64,000 nt of DNA from Sminthopsis crassicaudata. Taxonomy: Eukaryota. Location of the stretch: NCBI RefSeq assembly GCF_048593235.1, contig NC_133620.1:30072852-30136851 (forward strand). Reading direction: 5' to 3'. Both the position numbers and the translations under genes were made by a program. Below the pieces are notes generated by a model that saw only the letters and a list, made by a program, of their open reading frames with translations, searched no databases and was not told the origin of the DNA. Below are positions 11,086 through 20,023 of this stretch, piece after piece (the first letter of the stretch is position 1; each line of letters begins with the position of its first letter).

Positions 11086-12726
11086 TGTAACTAAGGTGCT
11101 AGAAATTGGCCCCTCAAAGTAGGGAAAGTCTAGCTAATGGGGGCTAGAGCCAAGAGCTGCAGAGATATTACCCCCTCGGGGGATTCTCTAGAATCCAGAG
11201 ACATAGTACAGTTTCTTTGCCAGAAAGCATTCAATACAATCAAGTGTTTGTGGTGGAAATGCAGTTCATATAGGCACGTGACCAGATCTCAATGAAAGGG
11301 GCTTAGTATCTTTGCTCCTTTCTTAGGTTCCAATTTGTTTTTAAACCGTGTTTGTTCTACTGTTTACAGTGTAAAGCCTGACAGAAAAAATGGGAACTTA
11401 ACCCAACTTAACTTAATGGGAAGAATTCAGCTTGTTTTTGTGAATTAGGTTTGCATGATGGAGAGAATTCCGATTCAAGTTTTGATATCCAAGTGACCCT
11501 GAGCAAAAAGTGATGCTGGGGAAAAAAAATGGCCCAGGCTACTATCTAGGTCCTTGCAAAGAAGGAGTTGACCTGTATTGGTTGAGAGAGTTTCCTATTC
11601 TGGGATTCCCCAATTTTAAAGAAATGATAAAAGATGGGTCTAAATCCTTGCTTTTGAATGCTATATCACCTTCCCCAATCCTAGTCTCCCCTAATTTTGC
11701 TTTTGCCTCCAATGAGACTAAAAAGCCCTTTTGTTATTTTTAGGATTTTCTGTGCCTAAATTTGTCCATCCTGGGCATCAGTCTCCACATTATGCTGCTC
11801 TGTACCTATAACATAGCCGACCTTTCCAATTCCCCTTTTTGTGTGTTATATCCCCCCCCCCCCTTAGAATGTAAACTGCTGGAGAGCAAGGATTGTCTTT
11901 ATTTGCATCTCTAGCCTTTGGCACAATGCTTTAACAAAGCATGGAATATCCTCTCATTCTTGCAGACCTGTGCTACTCTTTTGGGAAGGGGTCCTTTCTT
12001 TCATTTTTGTTTTAGGATGCATGATAGCTGTTTTAGGGTGGAGGCCCATGGTCTGAGATTTCAGGGAGAAACCATCTTTGCCTGGGTCAGATTCTGGGAG
12101 TTCCAAATCCCTGAGATTCTGAAATAACAATGTTCTGAACCCCAAAAGAGCAGGAACAGGACTAGTCCAGACTTCTCCTGCTCAAGTGTAACAGAGCCAG
12201 TCATGAACATAAAATCTTAAGTCTGAAAGTAGACTGGAAGAATGGGCCAATAAACAACAAAAAAAGAATCCTATCGTTATCAGAGAAACTCAAGACACAA
12301 ATCTAGAAGAGAATGACTAAACATCCACAAGGAAAGCCTTGGAGAAAAATATAGCTTGGGGAACTAGAATTCCCGGAAGAGATGAAGCAAGAGTTTTAAA
12401 ATATTTTTATAAATAAGAGCACTTGAGGAAAAATTTAGAAAAGAAATGAGAGCTAAGGAAGAAAGAATTGGAAAGGAAATGAACAGCTTGGCAAACAAGT
12501 TACAGAAACTTGTCTAAATGACAAACCTCTTGGATATTAAAAAGAACCAAACAGAAGCCATTGATTCTATGGAACAAAATACATTCACACAAAATCTAAA
12601 CATTAAAAAAATGGAGGAAAATGTAAGATGTCTCTTGGCAAAAACATAATAATTAACCTAGAAAATAGATCAAGGAGAAAAAAATTTAAGAATGTGTATG
12701 ATGGTTTTTTAAGAGTCAAGACATCT

Positions 12727-12879
12727 GGGACAGCTAGGTAGTGCAGTGGATAGAGCACCAGACCTGAAGTCAGGAGATTCAAGTTCAAATCTGGTCTCAG
12801 ACACTTTAACACTTCCTAGCTGTGTGACCCTGGGCAAGGGTCACTTAACCCCAATTGCCTTGTCAAAAAAAAAAAAAAA
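12727..12879 (+). mobile_element. WSINE1-like SINE
   Basis: gggacagctaggtagtgcagtggatagagcacc...ccccaattgcct followed by an A tail. Confidence 0.9.
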
Positions 12880-13573
12880 GAATTGACATTCTAGTAAAAG
12901 AATTCATAAAAGAAAGAATCCATCTGTAACCTCCTGCAACTCCTAGGAACATCATAATTAAAATCCAGAGCTTCCAGATCAAAAGAAAAAAAAATACTGC
13001 AATCAGCTAAAAAGAAAGAGGAGTTACAGTCAGGATCACACAGGATTTAGCAACCACCACCTTGAAGGAGCAGAGAGTTTGGAATCTGAAATTCCAGAAT
13101 ACAATGGCAATGGGCTTACAGCCCAGAATAATTTACCCAGCAACATTGGACATAATCCTTAAGGGGGAAAGTTGATTTTTAATGAAACAGAGGACTTCTA
13201 AGAATTCCTGATGAAAAGCCCAAAGTGACAAACTCTGAAAAGAGGAGAGAAGAGTAATAGAAAAAGGTAAATATGAATGGCCGATGTTTACATTGCTTAT
13301 ATTTACATTCAAATATGGGGAAATGACACGTGTCCCTTTGGATCTCCGTCATCATCTGGCTCATGGAGAGAATCGAGTCAGAAAAGGCCTGAGAGTGATT
13401 TTGTTACATCTTGATCCTAAGTAAAGAATGAGGGGGAAAGGGAAGGAGGGAGTGGGGAGGGGAAAGGAAGGCTGGGGACAATTATTTCACATAATCAGAG
13501 CTCACAAGCAGATATTCTTAAAAGGAAGGAAGGAGGGGAATGGCTGAGACATGACTATTATTCTCACAGGAAC

Positions 13574-13582
<9 letters not shown>

Positions 13583-13632
<50 letters not shown>
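13583..13632. repeat. (AC)25 microsatellite
   Basis: Perfect dinucleotide run read directly. Confidence 0.97.
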
Positions 13633-13634
<2 letters not shown>

Positions 13635-14042
13635 TGTTGGGTTCATTTTGCTCACCAAGAAAATAAGAGGGAACTGGGAAAAGGGGCGAGGAGGAATTAA
13701 AGGGGAGGTTAAGGAAGGGGTGACTCCAGACAGAACGTGTTTTGATGCATAAAAAAGATCATTCCTTAATGTGGCAAAGAATGGGAATCTGAGGAGGTGC
13801 CCATAAAGTGGAAAATGCACAAAAAGTAGATCTATAAATAAGGGAATACTACTGTACTGAATTCTTATCAATGTGATGAGCATCAAAGCTTCCAGAGGAA
13901 GAATGAAACACATTATCCACTTCCTGCGTAGTAGTGAAGGACTCAAAATGGAGGAGAGGACAATTTCTTGGACATGGACAATGTAGATACCAGTTTTGAC
14001 TGGCTATACATGTTTGCTGTTTTTATTTTTCTCACATTCTCT

Positions 14043-14185
14043 TTTCTTTAAGTTGAGGCAACTGGGGTTAAGTGACTTGCCCAGGGTCCCACAGCTAGGA
14101 TGTGTTAAGTGTCTGAGACCAAATTTGAACTCAGGTCCTCTAGACTTTGGGGCTGGTGCTCTACCTACTGCACCACCCCTGCCCC
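14043..14185 (-). mobile_element. WSINE1-like SINE
   Basis: ttgaggcaactggggttaagtgacttgcccagggtc...gcaccacccctgcccc is the reverse complement of the SINE. Confidence 0.9.
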
Positions 14186-14609
14186 AATTTTTCTTACATT
14201 CTCAGGTGAGGAGAGGGGCAGGGAGAAGGTCTATTTTGGCTGATCAGAAGAGACTATTTTAAAATTTGAAACAGGTTTAATTTTTTTTTTTTTTTTTCCC
14301 GTAGCAGAGATCGAAGCTGTGGATCCACAGGGAAGCTGGGTAGGGTGTGTGGTTAGAGGGGTGTGTCCTGGCATGGGGTCACCATTCCCCACCCCTTGAA
14401 GGTTCCAGGGTTCTTACAGGTTGTTGCTGCTGCTTTGGAGAGTGACCTCACACATCCTCTGATGGGGGAACCAGCACCCCCTAAAATTTCCACTTTTTGT
14501 ATCTGCTCCCTTACAGAGGAGTTAAGGGATGCCTCTTGGTCTTTGGCTGTCTGAAACACTTTTGATTCCAATACTACTCTAATTGTATTATATATAAAGG
14601 AAGGAAGGA

Positions 14610-14850
14610 TGGAAACAAGCATTTATTAAGCTCCAACTATGTGCCAGGCACAGTGCTAAGGGCTTTATAAATATTATCTCACAATAAGCCTGGGAGGTAG
14701 GTGTTATGAATATCCCCATTTTTGAGATGAGGAAACTGAGGCTCAAAGAGGGTGACTAGCCACTGTTCCCACAGCTGGTAAGTGACTGAGCCAGGCTCGA
14801 ATGTCCATCCTTGTGGGCACTGAGACCCCCGGCAGCCTCTCACTACCAGG
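14610..14850 (-). mobile_element. MIR SINE
   Basis: aagcatttattaag tail and ccccatttttgagatgaggaaactgaggctca core. Confidence 0.8.
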
Positions 14851-16399
14851 AGGATCACTGAAGACTCTCCACAGGAGAATGGGAAGGGAGGGGTTTCCCC
14901 TGACCTCGGTCTGCCAGGATTTCAGTGGTCTGGACCTGCCCTTCAGCAGTATAAGGTGGGGGCAGGTAGCATTTGATGGAACACTTTCTCCCATGGGAAG
15001 GGGCCTTGTCCAAGAGACTCCCTGATTGCCTCAGGATTCAGTGCTGCAATATGGCCGCCTGAGGGCTTAGGGAATGCCCACTGCGTGCTGGGCAGTGCCA
15101 GAGAGGTAATGGGAGCCTCTCTAGGGGCTTCCTGAGGGAGTGGGGCTGACCAGCCATCTCTGGCAGACTCTGCCCCCTGGGGCTGCCTCGGAGCTGAGGG
15201 ACTCTGGGATGCGGCACCACAGTCCTCAGGCTGGGCTCTGCCGGGGGGAAGGGCCAGCCGGCCTTGACCCCTCCCAATGCTCCTAAAGGTGAGGGATATT
15301 GCTTGTGACTGTCTGTCTTCGGGCCATTTGGGTCCCCACACCCAGGCCTCTGGGCCCACCTGCAGGGACCCTGAGGGTCCAGATTTTTAAGGGTCCCATC
15401 TGGCTGCTATGCCTGGAGGAAGCTTCCTCACACTCTGAGGGCCTTGTGGAGAGTCTTCCCAATTTCCCCAAGCTTGGGAGTCACCACAAGGAGCTGGGGC
15501 CCCCTGCTTCTGGGACTCCTGCTAGGAGAGGCCGGGGCACAGCCCAGGCAGGGGCTGAGAAGCGCCCCGTGTGGGAGCTCTGGCTGTGACCGTGGGACCT
15601 CCTGGAGAGATCCAAACAGGGCTTAGGGGGTCCGGTGCCAGAGGAGGAGAGCTTCTAGCCCGGGCCCCCAGGGCCCCTTCTGGTCTGTGTCTCCCCAGAA
15701 GAGCTGAACGGGGTTTTGCATGTCATTGAATACCACAAGAAGGCGTACCTTGGCTTCCACGAGAGCCTGACCTTGTGGCAGGAAGATGGACGATGAGACA
15801 TAGCAGGGCCCTAGGCCAGGTCAGTGGGCCGGCCTCCCAGAAGGCTCAAAGAGGGCTCCTGGCTGGGATGAGGGTGAGACCCTGAACCAGGCTCCTGCTG
15901 GCTCTGAGTTGGGCTGGGCAAGAGAAGAGCTGGTGATAAGATCACCCAGAGCCAGACAGGATCGGGGCAGGCAGATGGCTCTGCTGTGCCCAGGGGGCAC
16001 CAGGCCGGCCTCAGACCCTGCTGGAGAAAGGTGAAGAAGAGACCCAGGCCCCTAGGGAGCCAAGATCCAGCCCCCCCCCCCCCCAGACCCCTGGTGCTAG
16101 AGATCCTTGGGAGTAAGGAACAGGCCTGGGCCTCGGAGCCCCAAGGGACCGGGGAGGCAGAGGCCACTGCTGCTGAGAGCTCAGGAAGCACAGGGAATGA
16201 GAGAAGAAGAGAGGTGCCTCCTCTGCCCCCTCTCCCCTCCACTGGATGGCTCCGAGGCACCCCTTCTGCCAGGGGCATGTCTGGGAGAAACAGACACCCC
16301 TCCCCCAACTCTGCGGACCCACTCTGCTGCTCCCTGCCCCCCCCCCCCCGGGTGCAGCACAGGGACGTTCCCTATTTTCCTCTCTTTGCCAAACATTGA

Positions 16400-16998
16400 C
16401 CAGACTTCATGTCTTCAGCCTTATTTAAAAAATAAATTATCCCCCTTCCCTCCCTCCCCACCCACTCCGCATCCCCAAAATAAAATAAAATACAGCAAAC
16501 ACTGAGGGAAGAGACTTTCCCAGGAGCCCTCAAGGCCAGACCCTGCCAGCCCGCCAGGCAGGGCCCCCTAGTCCCAGCTAGGGCCTCAGCATTAGGCAGC
16601 CCCCCTCACTCCTGGGGAGGTCTCACTGAGGAAGGGCCTTTCAGGGCCAGGCAGAGCTCCCCAGTCCCAGGAAGATTTCAGACAGAGCCCCCAGTCCTAG
16701 GAAAGTGTCACAGCTCTAGGCAGAGCCCCCCAGTCCTAGGAAGGTTCCTCAGTTCCAGGCAGAGCCCCCAGTCCCAGGAGGGTTCTTCAGTTCCAGGCAA
16801 GGGCTCTTCTGGAGCAACGTCCTGCCTGAGTAGAAGGAGCTGGGCAGTGGAGGCTGGCACTGGTGCCCTTGGCTGGGCAGTTGCTCCCAGCCCCACAGGC
16901 CCCTTGGCACTTGCCCTCCAGAGGTTCCTTGTCCATCCATCAGAGCTTGGGCCCGGCGTTGTGAGGAGGCTGTGGTTTCCAGTGCCAAGTCTGGGCCT
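16400..16998 (-). other. ST3GAL3: ST3GAL3 proximal 3' UTR (3' end uncertain)
   Basis: Follows the stop codon. U-rich tracts on the minus strand at ~16420-16500; only variant hexamers (AATAAG, TTTAAA at 16420-16429) are nearby. Confidence 0.6.
16630..16800. repeat. ~38-bp minisatellite, about 4.5 degenerate copies, in the ST3GAL3 3' UTR
   Basis: Unit ccaggcagagcccccagtcc(c/t)aggaaggttcctcagtt starts at 16647, 16682, 16716, 16755 and partially at 16793. Confidence 0.85.
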
Positions 16999-17088
16999 TC
17001 AGATGCCACTGGTGAGGTCGGTGATGACGTGGGCCTTCACCAGCTTCCGAAGGAACTCCTTCTCTCGCTGGATGTTGTGTGTCCAGGA
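16999..17088 (-). CDS. ST3GAL3: ST3GAL3 last coding exon, 90 nt, sialylmotif VS: SWTHNIQREKEFLRKLVKAHVITDLTSGI*
   Basis: Acceptor cccttccag, VS motif HNIQREKEFL, TGA at 16999-17001. Confidence 0.98.
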   Translation of the reverse strand, partial: SWTHNIQREKEFLRKLVKAHVITDLTSGI

Positions 17089-18942
17089 CTGGAAGGGAGG
17101 AAGCTTGATCAGCCATGCCGAGGCCCCCGCCCTGTCCCAGTCTGTCCCCGATCTCTGCCTGCCCCTCATGGGGGCAGCACCGGCTCAGCACCCCCACCAG
17201 ACAACGGGCTCTGAGCCTGCCCTGGGGATGCTCCACATCCAGAGGCTAGCTGGCCCCAAGACCCAGAAGCCGGGCTGGGGGTGGAGGCCAAGAGGCCCTT
17301 CCTCGCATCAGGAGGTGGTGGGGCCGGCCCCGTGCCCACAGCCCGGCAGTACCTGATCCTCCTTCCCTGGGCCAGCTCTCCATTCGGCCCTTGCCGAAGG
17401 GCCTGGGGGCCGGGGGGGGGGGAGGCTGGCCCCTTAGAAGCGGGAAGGTGGGCCCTGGGACAAGGCCTTTGGCTTCCAGGTCTCCAGCCCTGGAGGGTCA
17501 GTGAGGTGCCCGGAGATGGCTGGCGCTGCCTAGGGACAGGGCTGGGGGCCGGGAATGGGCGCGGTGCTGGGGAGGATTTTTCTCATTTTTGAGATGATAG
17601 AAAACATGTTTATACCAGTTGCTTTTCCTGGGGGATGAAGACGCTGCTAACTCGGGGTGGGTGACGGAGCCCAGGCCCAGGATGCTCCCAGGAGGCTCTC
17701 AGGCCGGGCTGAGCTCATCGGGGGCGGGAGGGCAGGGACCTGTGGCTGCACGGAGCAGCCCGGTCATCCTGCGCATCGGCCTGCGGCGGGCCTCGGCCTG
17801 TGCTGCCACGTGGTTTCTGAACTGAGCTAAAACCTCTCTTCCCTTTTTCCTCTTTTCAGAAAGGCTGGATGGGGCTGGGATGGGTCTCCCTCACTGAGGG
17901 CGCAGGGTCGCTGTCCCCGACTGTGTCACCCACAGTGCGGCCCCCCCTCCCCGGTCACTCAGAAGGAGCCACGTCCCCCCGGGACAGGGAATCGCCACCT
18001 CCAAAGAAGTCTGGAAAGACCCCCCCGACACTCCCTGCACAGTGTCCCCCCCCCCTTCCCGCTCAGCCGGGCCCCAGCCCACTTCCGGCTGCCCCAGCTA
18101 CCGGCCACCGCCTTCCAGGGCCCCAGCTGCCCCTGGTCACCCTGGCCAGAGGGGGGGCCCCAAAGAGCGGCTCCAACTCCAGCTCCTTCCCCCCTCTGGG
18201 CCTCGGTCTCCCTGCTGCAGCCCCGAGGGTCTCCAGGCTCTCCAGCCCAGAAGTTCTGAGGGTAGCCTGTGTGGATGACTCTGCAGGGTCACCCCAAGAA
18301 CCCCGTGGATAAAAATCACCAGTCCCGTGGGCAAGAGCTGGGAGAGCGAGCCCTGAAGGTCCCTCCCCAATATTGGGAAAGGACTCTGAGAGACTTCTGA
18401 GAAGTTACGAATGCGGGAAAAGTGGCGCTCGCCCTCTGGCATCCACAGCGTGGCTGGGCCACAGACACCACAAACTCATCCCAGAAAAGGGGGCTGGACA
18501 AACCTCCGGAGGGGGGGCTCGCTGCTCCGGACAGGGGCCTGGGGGGGCTGATGGGGGGAAGGCAGAGGCACGGCCCCCCCTGAGCCCCCTCCCCTTCCCG
18601 CAGCCCGGGATTCCCTGAGTCTCCCTGGCTGCTGGTCACATGAACCTTGTGGCCACCGGTCTCCCTGCCCCGGAGGCCTCCGCCGTCTTGGACAGGTGAG
18701 GCTGAGTTTCTGAACCCCCGTGCGGGCCTGACATCTGTTCTGACTAAATCGGCTCCGGCCCGAGACCTCCTGCGGGTCAGTGGCCAGTCACCGAGAGGCA
18801 GCTCAGGGCCCAGGGGGCCGGCCCGGGGCCTTAGGCAGAGGAAGGTTCACAGGCCTGGCCCCCACGGGGGGAGGGGTTTGCAGCCCGGGGAAATCCCAGC
18901 CCCCGGTGGTCCCAGCCCCAGAACCCCCAGCCTCCCTCCTAC

Positions 18943-19089
18943 CTCCTTGATGGCCGCCATGCGGACAGACTCGTAGTAATGCAGGGGGGCATTGGGCGAG
19001 CTCATGTCGTAGCCAAAGCCGGCCACTGCCACCTGGTCGCAGCTGTGCAAGGCCATGGTGACAGCCACGGTGCCCAGAGTCGGGATGTT
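18943..19089 (-). CDS. ST3GAL3: ST3GAL3 coding exon, 147 nt, sialylmotifs S and III: NIPTLGTVAVTMALHSCDQVAVAGFGYDMSSPNAPLHYYESVRMAAIKE
   Basis: Sialylmotif S (PTLG...C...V.GFG) and HYYE are present. Acceptor ccccag, donor GAG|gtagga. Confidence 0.98.
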
Positions 19090-19122
19090 CTGGGGAGGGG
19101 AGAGGGCCGGCTCAGAGCACGC

Positions 19123-19141
19123 CCGCCTGTAGGGGGCGCCC
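19123..19141 (+). promoter_or_regulatory. CTCF motif
   Basis: CCGCCTGTAGGGGGCGCCC retains the CC-x-S-Y-AGGGGGCGC core. Confidence 0.5.
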
Positions 19142-19876
19142 CCCTCCCTGCCTGCCCCAAACCCCCAGGGCCCCTGTAGAGAGGGCAGCAGGCTCCCTGG
19201 AGGACCGCAGGGGGAGAGGAGGGCCCAAATCCCTGTGGGGATGACTCTCTGCTGTGACTACTGGGTCCTGGCAACCCTGGAACAGTCTCCTTCCCTCCCT
19301 TGGCAAGAGACGGAGATCACAGCCAAAGGGGTGGGAGGACTCCCACAGTCCTCTGGGAGAAGTGGCGATAAAGAGAAAAAGAGGGAGAGGAGGCGACCGA
19401 GAGATGTGGGAGCTGGGCACGAACGGCCGGGAAATGTGGAGGCAGAGAGGGCAGGGAGGCTGCCTGGAGGGGCACAGAGGCCCGGGGGGGGGGGCAGGAG
19501 GGGTGTATTTGGGTCCCTGGCCCTCTGAGAAGAGCCATGAGCTAGCTGCTCAGGGGGAGACCCTCATCCACTCCCTGCCCGGGCCTGGGGCTCTGCAGCC
19601 CAGGGACCCTCTGCTCTCAAGGGGAATCCTTTGTTCCCCTGGACGCTGAAAGCCTCTTTCTAATCTTATCCAGAACATTGTGAGACGCCCTTTTGGGCTG
19701 CAAGATTGGAGGCCCAGAGAGAGGTAAGGGCTTGATGTGCTTATTTGGGGATCATCATTCCAAAGATGGCAAAGTGCTGTGGGAGCTTCTGCTGGGCCCG
19801 GCACCCGCCCCTCCTTCCAAGCTCCCGCTCCGGAGCCCTCCCCTCACTGAGCCCCCGGCCCAGTCAGGCTCCTTAC

Positions 19877-20023
19877 CCCCCGGCCCATGAGGCCATGGTT
19901 GAAGGGGAGCCCGATGAAGCTGAAGGCGGCCTCCTGGATGAAGTAGGGGTTGAGGATTCGTATCTCAGGAGGCTCCTTGGGCACTCGCGTGGCCACCGAC
20001 TTCCAGAAACCGTCTGAAGCGCT
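19877..20023 (-). CDS. ST3GAL3: ST3GAL3 coding exon, 147 nt: SASDGFWKSVATRVPKEPPEIRILNPYFIQEAAFSFIGLPFNHGLMGRG
   Basis: Acceptor ccccacag, donor GGG|gtaagg, phase 0/0; peptide matches recalled ST3GAL3. Confidence 0.98.

Larger units (their letters stand above)
12200..14040 (+). mobile_element. Old L1 relic (ORF1 region plus 3' piece), interrupted by a SINE and (AC)n
   Basis: ORF1-like gaaaatagatcaaggaga and tcaggatcacacaggatttagca; L1 3'-like ggcaaagaatgggaatctgagg at ~13790. Confidence 0.65.
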
